A stretch of 64,000 nt of DNA from an uncultured virus (IMG/VR IMGVR_UViG_3300037487_002113) (taxonomy: Duplodnaviria; Heunggongvirae; Uroviricota; Caudoviricetes): the IMG/VR virus record IMGVR_UViG_3300037487_002113, one strand, 5' to 3'. Below are positions 1 through 8,969 of this stretch, in pieces; the first letter of the stretch is position 1, and the number at the start of each line of letters is the position of its first letter. The notes beneath the pieces are model-generated. The model saw only the letters and a program-made list of their open reading frames with translations, was not told the DNA's origin and did not search any database. Both the position numbers and the translations under genes were made by a program.

Positions 1-127
1 CCCGCTCCCGTCCAGGCGCCACCAACTCGCCCGCCTCCGTCGCCCATCTGGGCGGCGGGGGCGGGCTATCTGTGTTGTGACCACCATCACCACCGGCCAA
101 ACCGGAAGCATCGCTAAGAAGAGCAAC
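1..127 (+). repeat. Direct repeat copy 1 (>=127 bp, left end cut by window) containing a 17-bp hairpin
   Basis: Identical to 543..669. Hairpin arms are 29-45 and 50-66, with two G-U pairs. Confidence 0.95.
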
Positions 128-163
128 GCAGTCGTCGGCGCGAATGCCGAGAAGGAGGAGAAG

Positions 164-505
164 ATGATGATCGAGGAGCAGAAGGGCGCGCCCTTCTCGG
201 CGGCCGAGAAGGGCGCGCCCGCGCCTGGCCCGGCGGCCGAGAAGAAGGAGGTGCTCAACGGCATCGAGTTGAGCACGATCGGCGACGGGATCGGGCTCTC
301 GGCGGCCGAGCGCTTCGCGGAGGAGCTGAACGTCCAGTACGAGGCGGACGCCAAGGTGGCGCTCGCCGGGCTGAACAAGAACCAGAAGGCGCACGCCCTC
401 GCGGCCGTCGCAAAGGCCGCGCCCAAGGACATGACCCGCGCCTTCAACGCGGGCCTCATGCGCGGCCTGCGCGCGGGGTGGGCGAAGGCCGCCGCCGCGA
501 AGTAG
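164..505 (+). CDS. Hypothetical protein, cassette 1 (C-terminal DMxRAFxxGxMRGLRAGWA motif)
   Basis: AGGAGGAG RBS before ATG 164. C-terminus is shared with 694..1083. Confidence 0.75.
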   Translation: MMIEEQKGAPFSAAEKGAPAPGPAAEKKEVLNGIELSTIGDGIGLSAAERFAEELNVQYEADAKVALAGLNKNQKAHALAAVAKAAPKDMTRAFNAGLMRGLRAGWAKAAAAK

Positions 506-542
506 TCCCGGCGGGCTCGGCGCGCGGTCGCCCGCGCTGAGC

Positions 543-669
543 CCCGCTCCCGTCCAGGCGCCACCAACTCGCCCGCCTCCGTCGCCCATCTGGGCGGCGG
601 GGGCGGGCTATCTGTGTTGTGACCACCATCACCACCGGCCAAACCGGAAGCATCGCTAAGAAGAGCAAC
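543..669 (+). repeat. Direct repeat copy 2
   Basis: Exact copy of 1..127, period 542 bp. Confidence 0.95.
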
Positions 670-693
670 AGCAAGCAACGAAAGGGGACGCGC

Positions 694-1083
694 ATGGAGA
701 AGACGAAGACGGCGACGTACTTGATCTGGCCGACGGAGCGGGGCTGGGTGCTCGCCCGGCTGCCGCAGAACCCCCGAAGGGAGGGGATCTTGGTCGGCAT
801 CTACGTGTCGCGCCGCGACGCGCGGAAGGCGCGGAGCGAGGCGATCGCGTGGCGCAGCAAGCCCGCCGCTTCGCGGCGCCGGGCGGCGGATGCGAAAACG
901 TTCGCCTTTCTGTACGCGGTCAAGCGGGCCGAGCGTGAGCGCCCGGACGTCGTCTCGCGGCAGCGCGAGGCGGTCGCGGCGAAGGCCGCCGCTGACATGG
1001 AGCGCGCGTTCGCGCGCGGCGTCATGCGCGGCCTGCGCGCAGGCTGGGCAGCGGGGCTGCCCGCGCCTGTCCCGACGAACTGA
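694..1083 (+). CDS. Hypothetical protein, cassette 2 (same C-terminal motif as 164..505)
   Basis: AAGGGG RBS before ATG 694; DMERAFARGVMRGLRAGWA tail. Confidence 0.75.
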   Translation: MEKTKTATYLIWPTERGWVLARLPQNPRREGILVGIYVSRRDARKARSEAIAWRSKPAASRRRAADAKTFAFLYAVKRAERERPDVVSRQREAVAAKAAADMERAFARGVMRGLRAGWAAGLPAPVPTN

Positions 1084-1093
1084 CAAACCACAA

Positions 1094-1133
1094 CGCGAGG
1101 TTGTCCGGGCGTGGTGCCCGTGACAACCTCGCG
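1094..1133 (+). other. Intergenic stem-loop
   Basis: CGCGAGGTTGTC...GACAACCTCGCG 12-bp arms with an inner stem, just upstream of the RBS of 1149. Confidence 0.6.
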
Positions 1134-1148
1134 AGCGGAGGATAGATC

Positions 1149-3074
1149 ATGTCCAAAAAGACGTCCAGAAGGAAGACCAGTCGCGGGTTCGAGCACCACG
1201 CGATCGACCCGCGTGACTTCGTGGTGTTCAAGCCGCGGCGCAAGCCGATCCCCGGCGTGCCGACCTTCGAGACGCTGCCGGACCGCCCCGAGGTGCTCCG
1301 CAAGGCGGAGACGCTCGAAGCCGCCGAGAAGGCGATCGGCGAGTGGCAGCAAGGCCGCTCGCGCTACGCGGCGCAGGGCCTCCACGCGGCAGCCGCCTAC
1401 GGCACCGGCGGCGTCCAGCCGACGGTGGAGGAGATGATGCGCGACCGAGAGGTCGACCCCGACGCGCCGAGCGGCGCTGACCTCGCGGCGGCGGCAGCGG
1501 AGTCGCTCGCCACGATGCGACTCCACAACCTCGCCGAGCGCGAGGCGATGGCGGAGACGCCAAGCTCCTGGGAGCGGCGCGGCCTGCGCGTGCTCTCCGG
1601 CCGCGAGCGGGCGGCGGCCGCGCGCGAGCTGGGGATCGCGGCGACAAGCCCCGCGCGCTTCGAGGAGGCCCGCGTAAGGTGGGCCGCGGCGCAGCGGAAG
1701 GAGCCGTCGTTCGAGGCGCCCACTCGCCCCGAGATGCCGATCCTGACGGACGACGAGCGCAAGCTCATGGCGCCGGAGGAGCGCGCCGCGCGCGTCGCCG
1801 CGCTCAAGGCGTGGGACGCTGCGACTCTCAAGTCGCGGCCCGAGGAGCCGATGTACGCCCCGCGCCCGCAGACGCAGGCGGACATCGGGAGCAAGGTCGA
1901 CGTGCGCAGCGGGCGCGCCATCCGCCCCGAGTCGCCTGCGTTCCGCGTAGCGGAGCAAACGACGAAGGAGAAGTACGAGCTGCTCGCGCAGAGCGAGGAC
2001 GAGGTCGACCAGGCGCTGGTGCAAATCGGCGTGGCCGACTTCATCGAAGCCGCGTGCACGAGGATCGCGCGCATCCGCGACCCGCAGCGGCGGAAGCACG
2101 AGTTCGAACGGGTGCAGGACTTCCGGGATCGGATGCACGAGTCATGGGACCCGGCGCACCTGGAGCCATACACCGAGGCGGAGTTCGCGTACGCCCTCGG
2201 GGCAATGCTTCCCGGCCGCAAGGGCACGGCGGGAGCGTTCTCCGAGGCCGTAAAGACGATCGGCACGAAGTTCGAGTTCGACGATGAGGATGGCCATCAC
2301 GTCATCTGGCTGACGGACGGCGCCGACCTCGTTCGGACGGGCGTGCTCTCGCGCTACGCCGGACAGCGCGACCTGTCGGGCGCGCTCAAGTCGGCGTACA
2401 AGTCCGCGCGCCGAGCGCGCCGCGACTTCACGCTGAGGAACGTCGAGGCCATCGAGCAGGTGATGAGCCTCGTGGTCACCCTGGGCCGTCGGCACCAGTG
2501 GTTTGACCAGGCCGTCTCCAAGTACCTCGCGGCCTCCAACCGAGGAAGGAAGGCGCTTGGCACTCTGCGCCTGGACATCTTCTTGGCGGCGGCCGAGTTC
2601 GGGTTCCAGATCCCCAAGGAAGTCGGCCCCTGGCCCGACCCGGCCATCCTCCGCGACCGCGCGGAGATGAAGGCTCGCGCGATGAGCGACGAGCCGTGGT
2701 CGATCTTCAATGAGGCGGGCAAGGCCTGGCAGATGCCCGCGACCGGCGCCGAGTCCGAAGCGCAGGCGCAGCTGGCGCGGGAGCGGTACGAGGCCTTCCA
2801 CGAGGAGTCCTCTGCGTGGGGCCCATCCTCGTCCAAGCACGAGATGCGGACGAAGGTTGCTGAGCGCGCAGCAATCCGAGGCGGGCAGCGCGCGCCGAGC
2901 CCCGCCGAGCAGCAGGCAATCCGGCAGGGGCAGACCCCGCGCGAGTACCGCAGCCCGGAGGAGGTCGCGGCGGGACGCGCGCAGGCTGAGGCCGCGCGAC
3001 TTGAGACGCTGCGCAAGGCCGCGCGCGAAATCGATGAGGCTATCGGGAAGCTGACCGATAAGTTCCGGCGGTAG
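1149..3074 (+). CDS. Large hypothetical protein (641 aa), helical, basic N-terminus
   Basis: GGAGG RBS, long ORF, no recognisable motif. Confidence 0.85.
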   Translation: MSKKTSRRKTSRGFEHHAIDPRDFVVFKPRRKPIPGVPTFETLPDRPEVLRKAETLEAAEKAIGEWQQGRSRYAAQGLHAAAAYGTGGVQPTVEEMMRDREVDPDAPSGADLAAAAAESLATMRLHNLAEREAMAETPSSWERRGLRVLSGRERAAAARELGIAATSPARFEEARVRWAAAQRKEPSFEAPTRPEMPILTDDERKLMAPEERAARVAALKAWDAATLKSRPEEPMYAPRPQTQADIGSKVDVRSGRAIRPESPAFRVAEQTTKEKYELLAQSEDEVDQALVQIGVADFIEAACTRIARIRDPQRRKHEFERVQDFRDRMHESWDPAHLEPYTEAEFAYALGAMLPGRKGTAGAFSEAVKTIGTKFEFDDEDGHHVIWLTDGADLVRTGVLSRYAGQRDLSGALKSAYKSARRARRDFTLRNVEAIEQVMSLVVTLGRRHQWFDQAVSKYLAASNRGRKALGTLRLDIFLAAAEFGFQIPKEVGPWPDPAILRDRAEMKARAMSDEPWSIFNEAGKAWQMPATGAESEAQAQLARERYEAFHEESSAWGPSSSKHEMRTKVAERAAIRGGQRAPSPAEQQAIRQGQTPREYRSPEEVAAGRAQAEAARLETLRKAAREIDEAIGKLTDKFRR

Positions 3075-3106
3075 CCGACGCGCAGCCCGCGTCAGGCCCG
3101 CTCACC

Positions 3107-3151
3107 CGCAAACGACCCGCCCTGCGCTGCACGGCGGGTCGTTTGCGTTTC
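3107..3151 (+). terminator. Hairpin + TTTC, terminator or processing site
   Basis: 15-bp perfect stem CGCAAACGACCCGCC/GGCGGGTCGTTTGCG followed by TTTC. Confidence 0.65.
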
Positions 3152-3208
3152 AACTCGCGCCGAGAGGCGATTGTCCAACGCAGGACACCCCCACCTACGG
3201 AGACTCTC

Positions 3209-3745
3209 ATGACCACCAAGACCCCCTCTCGCTTCTTCCTTCAAACCGCGTGGATGCTCGGTGCCGGACACGGGCACCACTGGGCGGCGACGGGCCCGCG
3301 CGCTGCGTGGGACGCGGGCGACCTCGCCGCGTTCGACGCGGCCATGGCCACGTTCGGCGCCGAGAACCCGGAGGACTGGGGCGGGGTCGGGCGCCCGGCA
3401 TCGTCGCCCTGGGAGCACGAGACGTGCACCAGGCGCACGTCATGGGTGCTCGACAATGAGCGCCTCACGGTGACGCTCCGCGCAGAGGGGAGCGTCACCG
3501 GCGGCGAGCTGTGGAACGGCGGCGTCTGGCAGATCGGCGCCACCATCGCGACGCTCACGCTCGACGCGCTCGCGCCGAGCATCCTCGTGGCGAAGGTCCT
3601 CGACTGGCCCCGCTGGTCGAAGGAGGGCGGCTACGGCGACACGGGCGCGTCGCGCGCCTGGCGTCTCTGCAAGGAGCTGGAGGCGAACCTCCAGCTCTCC
3701 GACGAGCGCGCAATGGGGCGCGCTCTGATGGAGAGCCGCCGTTGA
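3209..3745 (+). CDS. Hypothetical protein
   Basis: GGAGA RBS + ATG 3209. Confidence 0.7.
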   Translation: MTTKTPSRFFLQTAWMLGAGHGHHWAATGPRAAWDAGDLAAFDAAMATFGAENPEDWGGVGRPASSPWEHETCTRRTSWVLDNERLTVTLRAEGSVTGGELWNGGVWQIGATIATLTLDALAPSILVAKVLDWPRWSKEGGYGDTGASRAWRLCKELEANLQLSDERAMGRALMESRR

Positions 3746-3786
3746 CATTGTCAGAAACGCGCGGCACGCGCGTCATGGAGATACCG

Positions 3787-4011
3787 ATGCTTCCAAACAA
3801 CGAGGAGCGCGCGGCGTGGGAGGCATTTCTCCGCAGGCGCGGCGACGCCAGCGCGCTGGGCGCTGAGGAGCGCCGAGACCAAGAGCAAGAGGCGTGGGAC
3901 GCCTTTGACAGGGAGTTCGTCTGGCCGCAGCACTGGGGCGAGAGCGCCGAGTGCAAGGCCGAGCAGGTCGATGACGCGTGGAACGACCGCGCGAAAGGAA
4001 CGCAGCGATGA
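3787..4011 (+). CDS. Hypothetical protein
   Basis: GGAG RBS; stop overlaps next start (ATGA). Confidence 0.6.
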   Translation: MLPNNEERAAWEAFLRRRGDASALGAEERRDQEQEAWDAFDREFVWPQHWGESAECKAEQVDDAWNDRAKGTQR

Positions 4012-4388
4012 CCGTAACGATCGTGATCGACGAGGCCAGATACGCCGAGGCGCTCGAATCCATCGGAGACGCCTTCGAGGTGTCTCACGATGAACTCTGT
4101 CTCAAAGACGACGAGTTCATTACCGTCGAGGGGTGGCAGGACTGGGCCGTGCAGAAGTGGGAGGAGGGCCTCGACACCGCCGACGGCGGCCACCGCGTGT
4201 CCGACGCGGTCAACCGAGCCGTCGAGCAGCAGGAGCGCGGGAAGCGCGCCCGCAAGGAGCGCGTGCGCCACTCGCGGGAGGAGCGCGCGGAGCTGTACTG
4301 CCCGCGCTACGTCATGCAGGAAGAACGGCACAGCGCGTGGATGCGCGATGAGGCCGACACGGACGCCTGCAACGGCGGAAGTCCCTGA
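4008..4388 (+). CDS. Hypothetical acidic protein
   Basis: AAGGA RBS, coupled to neighbours. Confidence 0.7.
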   Translation: MTVTIVIDEARYAEALESIGDAFEVSHDELCLKDDEFITVEGWQDWAVQKWEEGLDTADGGHRVSDAVNRAVEQQERGKRARKERVRHSREERAELYCPRYVMQEERHSAWMRDEADTDACNGGSP

Positions 4389-4552
4389 TGGGACACGACA
4401 AGAAAGCGGCGGCGACGGCGGCGGGCGTCGGGCCGGGCGGGATGTCCTGCTCATGCTGCAACCTCGGGACCGGCCGCCGCACGAAGCGGGCGGTCAACAA
4501 GGCCGGCCGCCGCATCGCGAAGGCTGAGGCGAAGACCCAGGCCTCGGAATAG
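4388..4552 (+). CDS. Small basic protein with GPGGxxCxCC motif (54 aa, not in ORF track)
   Basis: TGATG coupling; translates as MGHDKK...GPGGMSCSCC... Confidence 0.6.
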   Translation: MGHDKKAAATAAGVGPGGMSCSCCNLGTGRRTKRAVNKAGRRIAKAEAKTQASE

Positions 4553-4593
4553 TCAACGCTCGCGCTCACCACCAACCGACCGGAGGATCTCTC

Positions 4594-5055
4594 ATGGCTG
4601 CAATCGTTATGTTCGCAGGTTCGCACACAGATCACGGTCTCCTCGGCGCCCACTGGGCGTTCGTCGAGAAGACCGCTACCGACCACGTCGCCGAGAAGGG
4701 CGTCACGCCCATGATCGCGACGTTCACGCTGGACGACGCGTGCCCCGACGCGATGTCCGGCATCTACGGCCCCATCGCTGGTGACCCGCCGGTGCCGGAG
4801 GCCGAGGTGCACTACGCGGTGCGCGGCGACCGGCGAGTGCGCGACCGCATGACCACGCTTCCGCCGCGTCCGACGCGTCGGCTGACCATCGTCGCGGTGC
4901 CGGAGTTCCGCGATGGCCCCGAGAAGGGCGCGCGACTCGTGTGCATCACCGCATACGGAGGGGAGCTGGCGCCCCAGCACCCGGACGACCCGCACAACCC
5001 AGACCCCGCAGCCGCGCGGGAGTTCTGGAATCAACACGCGCTCTCCGCAGGCTGA
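4594..5055 (+). CDS. Hypothetical protein
   Basis: CA-rich leader + GGAGG RBS. Confidence 0.75.
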   Translation: MAAIVMFAGSHTDHGLLGAHWAFVEKTATDHVAEKGVTPMIATFTLDDACPDAMSGIYGPIAGDPPVPEAEVHYAVRGDRRVRDRMTTLPPRPTRRLTIVAVPEFRDGPEKGARLVCITAYGGELAPQHPDDPHNPDPAAAREFWNQHALSAG

Positions 5056-5080
5056 CGCCCGCGCCAACCCCGTCACCCAG

Positions 5081-5126
5081 CGCCCGCTCGCCGCCGCCCA
5101 TTCCGGGCGCGGCGGGCGGGCGTTTC
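5081..5126 (+). terminator. Hairpin + TTTC
   Basis: Long GC stem 5081-5122 followed by TTTC. Confidence 0.6.
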
Positions 5127-5144
5127 GCATTGGAAGGAGACGAT

Positions 5145-5510
5145 ATGCAACTCGACGATCACAAGAACGTGCGGCGCAACATCCGCGAGTGGCTCACGGC
5201 GGTGAACGATGACGCGTCAGACCCCGCTCGCGACACCTACTACGTCGCGTGCGGCGTGGTCATGTGCGGCGGGATCGCCCACGAGGCGGCCGTCCAGGCG
5301 CAGGACTACAGCCTCACGCCGGAGTACGAGGACTGGTTCGCCTCGCACCGCAAGACGTGGTGCGCCGCTCTCGTGCGAGCGCTCAAGCGGCAGCGGCGCT
5401 GGGCCGCGGTCAAGAAGATGCTGATCGCCAACGTCGGTCCCGACGGCGAGACGATCATCGAGCCCGAGCACCACGCCGGTTACGTGGCATGGCTCAACTC
5501 CGTTCGCTGA
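5145..5510 (+). CDS. Hypothetical protein
   Basis: AAGGAG RBS + ATG 5145. Confidence 0.7.
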   Translation: MQLDDHKNVRRNIREWLTAVNDDASDPARDTYYVACGVVMCGGIAHEAAVQAQDYSLTPEYEDWFASHRKTWCAALVRALKRQRRWAAVKKMLIANVGPDGETIIEPEHHAGYVAWLNSVR

Positions 5511-5514
5511 AAGG

Positions 5515-5901
5515 ATGACAATGACGACCCAATACATCGCATGGCGCCGATTCGAGGACGCGTACGCGGCCTCCACCCTCAACAATGAGGGAAACTGGGA
5601 CTGCGAGGAGGAGGACGCGCGCCTCTTCGCCACGCGCGAGGAGTGCGCGGCGCACATCGCGTCGCTAATAAAGGAGGAGCCGACCTCATACGGCTACGAC
5701 TACGAGGCGCCGAAACCGATGGCGTTGTGCTGCGATGGCGAGCACGAGCCCAACGTCGACGGCGGATGGCGTGCCGCGGAGTCCGGCGGGCTGCTCGTCG
5801 CCGTGGGGTGCCGTAACTGCATGACGCGCGGACGCGTCGAGATCGTCGTCGCCAACATCACGTGGGGCGAGCCCAACCAACCAGAAGGAAAGACAAAATG
5901 A
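5515..5901 (+). CDS. Hypothetical protein with C-terminal C..H..CxxC..W zinc-like module
   Basis: CCDGEHEP...VGCRNC...ITW. Confidence 0.7.
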   Translation: MTMTTQYIAWRRFEDAYAASTLNNEGNWDCEEEDARLFATREECAAHIASLIKEEPTSYGYDYEAPKPMALCCDGEHEPNVDGGWRAAESGGLLVAVGCRNCMTRGRVEIVVANITWGEPNQPEGKTK

Positions 5902-6278
5902 TCAATCCCAGCCTCCCCAGAGACATCCGGCAGGTTCGTCTGCCGTGCCGCGTCGACCCCCGCGACCTCCCGCAGGGAGTCACGAAGATCGACGAGGTCT
6001 ACGTCACGGACCTCTCGTCCGCGACGCACATCTGCTCCGCCGAGCGAATGTCGTGGCTCGTCGGCATCCGCTCGGAGTTCACGTTCGTCGACGGCCTCTC
6101 CGAGGAACGCCAGGAGGAGCTGAGCAACCTCGAGTCTGAGTCGTGCCCGGAAGACGACTACTTCCCGATGCGTGACATCTCCGCGCTCCCGTCCGTCCGC
6201 TTCGAGGACGACAAGGACGACACCGACGAGGAGGCCCTGGAGGCCGCTCGCGAATACTTCCAGGGGAACTTCCAGTGA
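5898..6278 (+). CDS. Hypothetical acidic protein
   Basis: AAGGA RBS, ATGA overlap. Confidence 0.7.
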   Translation: MINPSLPRDIRQVRLPCRVDPRDLPQGVTKIDEVYVTDLSSATHICSAERMSWLVGIRSEFTFVDGLSEERQEELSNLESESCPEDDYFPMRDISALPSVRFEDDKDDTDEEALEAAREYFQGNFQ

Positions 6279-6973
6279 CCGTCACCTTCGACGCGCGCGA
6301 CCTAGAGCGCGCCGAGTACGACATCGACCGGGTGCTTAGGCGCCCCGACTCGTACGCCCACTACGGAGACGATCGCGTCTTCGTGACGTGGTCGGTCGGT
6401 CCCGTCGTGCTCACGCGCGACTCGGAGATCATCGACCAGGCCAACTACAAGGTCTTGGTCGCGTCGCTGAGGGCCGCAGAGGAGGCTGGCGACATCGAGC
6501 CCGAGAGCTACTCACTCAACCGCGCGTCCCACTGGGCCGTGGGGTGGGTCGAGCACCTCAGCTTCATGGCCCGCGCTGAGTCCGGCGTGCACCACGTCGT
6601 GCTCGGCAAGTTCGACGACACCGAAGGCCACATCGACGTCAACGGCGAGCCCTACGGGAAGTACGGCGAGCGGTTTGCGTACGCCGTGCTCGCCGCTGAC
6701 GCAGACGACGCGATCGACGCCGTCAAGAACGGCCCGCTCGCCGGGCGCAAAGACTTCCTCATCCTCGGCACGGGGACTGGCGACGACTTCAAGGTCAACA
6801 TTCCGATCGTTGACGTGCCGCGCATGACGCGCGTCGGGCGCTGGGTCCACGCCTGGCTCAACATGCTCTCCGAGTACCCGTCGGCAGACGACAGCGTGCT
6901 CTCCGAGATGGAGAGCGAGGCGAGCTTTGAGACGGTCGAGCGCTTCGAGGCGCTCATCAAGAAGGAGGACTGA
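6275..6973 (+). CDS. Conserved phage hypothetical protein (HWAVGWVE motif)
   Basis: TRDS..NY, HWAVGWVE and YP..DD..LSEME motifs, recalled from phage hypotheticals. Confidence 0.7.
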   Translation: MTVTFDARDLERAEYDIDRVLRRPDSYAHYGDDRVFVTWSVGPVVLTRDSEIIDQANYKVLVASLRAAEEAGDIEPESYSLNRASHWAVGWVEHLSFMARAESGVHHVVLGKFDDTEGHIDVNGEPYGKYGERFAYAVLAADADDAIDAVKNGPLAGRKDFLILGTGTGDDFKVNIPIVDVPRMTRVGRWVHAWLNMLSEYPSADDSVLSEMESEASFETVERFEALIKKED

Positions 6974-6974
6974 T

Positions 6975-7253
6975 ATGGCGACGCTCATCACAGTCAGCGG
7001 CGAGAGCCGTGAGGTGGAGGCAACCGAGCTTGCAGAGATGCAGGAGCTGGTCGGCGGCTACATCGAGATGGTCACCCTCGACGACGGGTCGATGATGATC
7101 TGCAACGAGGAGGGGAAGGTTCACGACCTTCCGCGGAACAACGTGGCGACGGCCATCTTCCGCCTCAAGCGCCGAGGCGACAGCGACTGGATCGCAGGCG
7201 ACGCGATCTTCTACTCGCGCGAGGAAAACAAGCTCATGCAAGAGGAGGACTGA
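6975..7253 (+). CDS. DUF3846-domain protein
   Basis: MQELVGGYIEMV...ICNEEGK..LPRN...IAGD signature. Confidence 0.85.
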   Translation: MATLITVSGESREVEATELAEMQELVGGYIEMVTLDDGSMMICNEEGKVHDLPRNNVATAIFRLKRRGDSDWIAGDAIFYSREENKLMQEED

Positions 7254-7254
7254 C

Positions 7255-7698
7255 ATGAAGACCTACAACATCACCGCCAACGAAGAGCCCGAGAATCTGG
7301 GCGTACGAGTCACGTTCATTGGCCTTCCGGGGCGCTACGCCAGCCGACCGGGCGATCTGACCTGGTTGTTCAAGCGCTACGACTACGAGAAGGACGTCCC
7401 GCCGTTCTTCTCCGAGGGCATCGCGGAGAGCAAGTGCTTCACGCTCCCGTGGGCCGTCTACATCTGGCTCTACGACGAGTGCCAGACGTCGGACCACCTG
7501 CACGACGGCGACGAGCTGATCCTCGACCACGAGGGCCGGCAGTACGTCACCGTCGTGAACACATGGCCGCGCTGCGAGGCGGCACAGTTCGCGGAGGACG
7601 CGTTTCGCGTCGAGCACGGCCTGCCGACGCTTGCCGAGGCGGAGCGCGAGCGGCAGACCAAAGAAGAGGCCGACCGCCGCTACGCGGGAGGCTGGTGA
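7255..7698 (+). CDS. Hypothetical protein
   Basis: GGAGG RBS, coupled. Confidence 0.7.
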   Translation: MKTYNITANEEPENLGVRVTFIGLPGRYASRPGDLTWLFKRYDYEKDVPPFFSEGIAESKCFTLPWAVYIWLYDECQTSDHLHDGDELILDHEGRQYVTVVNTWPRCEAAQFAEDAFRVEHGLPTLAEAERERQTKEEADRRYAGGW

Positions 7699-8339
7699 TG
7701 CCGACCTTCACGGTGTCCGGGGACATCACGTTCCCGTTCGTCACGTCGGTCGAGGCCGGGTCGGCCGAGGAGGCTGAAGACCTCGTGGCGGCGCAGCACC
7801 CGCTAGCCATTCCGTACGACACGAGCGTGGCGGGCGCGCTCGTGAGCGTGGATGACGTCATTCCCGACGAGCCCGCGTCGCCCGCGCCTGTCCCGGCAAG
7901 CCCGGTCGACGAGATCCTGTCGCTGCTCAACGGCAGCGGCGTCACCAGCAACAATCCCACCAACAAAAAAGACGGAGATACCATGAGCAGATTCAAGATC
8001 GTCGGGACGATTCTCGAAGACTTCGAGGTCGTCATCGAGGCCGATAGCGAGGCCGACGCGCGGCGGGTGATCCTTAAGACGCCCTTGGAGGACCTGCGCC
8101 TGCACAAGCAGTACGAGCAGACCGACGTCGCGCTGACGCTCGTCTCTGTCGAGCCGGAGGTGGCGCCTTACAACGTGACCGGGACGGTCACGATCGAGTT
8201 CACGGTCAAGGTGGACGCCGAGTCCGCGGAGGCGGCGGTCGACCTCGTCCGGGACATGAGTCTCCGGGAGATTCAGCGGTCGGCCGACGTCGACGAGGAA
8301 ACCGTCAAAGTCCTCGACGACGCCGCGGAGCCGGCGTGA
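7698..8339 (+). CDS. Protein with three DpnD/PcfM-like repeats (internal start at 7983 possible)
   Basis: Three [FY]xVxG......V.VEA.S.E.A repeats. Confidence 0.65.
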   Translation: MPTFTVSGDITFPFVTSVEAGSAEEAEDLVAAQHPLAIPYDTSVAGALVSVDDVIPDEPASPAPVPASPVDEILSLLNGSGVTSNNPTNKKDGDTMSRFKIVGTILEDFEVVIEADSEADARRVILKTPLEDLRLHKQYEQTDVALTLVSVEPEVAPYNVTGTVTIEFTVKVDAESAEAAVDLVRDMSLREIQRSADVDEETVKVLDDAAEPA

Positions 8340-8542
8340 TGGCCGCGCCGAGCCTGGCGTTCGCGCCGTACGTGGCGGAGGCGGGGTCATACCTCACCGC
8401 CGCTGGAAACTTCTCGAAGACGCGCGGCCTCGCCGTGCGCTTCAGGTCGATCGAAGAGGCCGAGGCGTTCGTCTGCCGCGTGGCAGCGAAGAACGCCTTG
8501 GTCGACAAGGCGCAGATCCTCATCTGCGCATGGAAGGAGTAG
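8336..8542 (+). CDS. Hypothetical protein
   Basis: GTGA overlap; F.SIEEAE motif. Confidence 0.55.
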   Translation: MMAAPSLAFAPYVAEAGSYLTAAGNFSKTRGLAVRFRSIEEAEAFVCRVAAKNALVDKAQILICAWKE

Positions 8543-8543
8543 C

Positions 8544-8969
8544 ATGAACAAGGACACGATCGCCTCCCTCGCCCCGATGGCGAACATCAACGGCTACTCT
8601 GACAGCGCCGCCGCCGTCAAGAGGTCGTTCCACTCGTTGGGACGCAAGCTCCTCAAGGACCTCGCGAATGATCTGGGCCTGACGCCCGGCTCGTACGAGA
8701 TCCGTTCCAACCTGGGAGGCATCGCCGTCTGCGGCGAGGTCACCCTCCACAGCGACAATCTGTACGTGCAGCTCTCGGACAACATGGGCGCAGGTGCACG
8801 GGTCCTGTACCGCACCTGCAAGTCGCGGCGCGACTACTGCGGTGGCATGAACCACTGGATGTCCATCTCGCGGATGGCCGTCGCGGAGGAGAGTTTCGTC
8901 GGCCACTGCCGCGCGCTGATGCAGAGCAGCGCGCTCGCGAAGCCCGCGCAAGGTCCGGCCGCGCGGTGA
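8544..8969 (+). CDS. Conserved phage/plasmid hypothetical protein (IRSNxGGIAVxGEVTLH family)
   Basis: Recalled motif FH..GRKLLK.LA..LGL..GSYEIRSNLGGIAVCGEVTLH; AAGGAG RBS. Confidence 0.75.
   Translation: MNKDTIASLAPMANINGYSDSAAAVKRSFHSLGRKLLKDLANDLGLTPGSYEIRSNLGGIAVCGEVTLHSDNLYVQLSDNMGAGARVLYRTCKSRRDYCGGMNHWMSISRMAVAEESFVGHCRALMQSSALAKPAQGPAAR

Noticed and set aside
77..163. GTG starts at 77 and 619 giving identical N-termini MTTITTGQTG
   Set aside because: They lie within the repeat and lack an RBS. Better starts with SD sequences are at 164 and 694.
1..669. CRISPR or integron attC interpretation of the 127-bp repeat
   Set aside because: The repeat and spacer are far too long for CRISPR. 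I identified no attC-type end pairing, and no cas or integrase gene is in the window.
3742..3753. TTGACA with TGACA-T-TGTCA palindrome
   Set aside because: No plausible -10 element at 16-18 bp, and it is a single occurrence.
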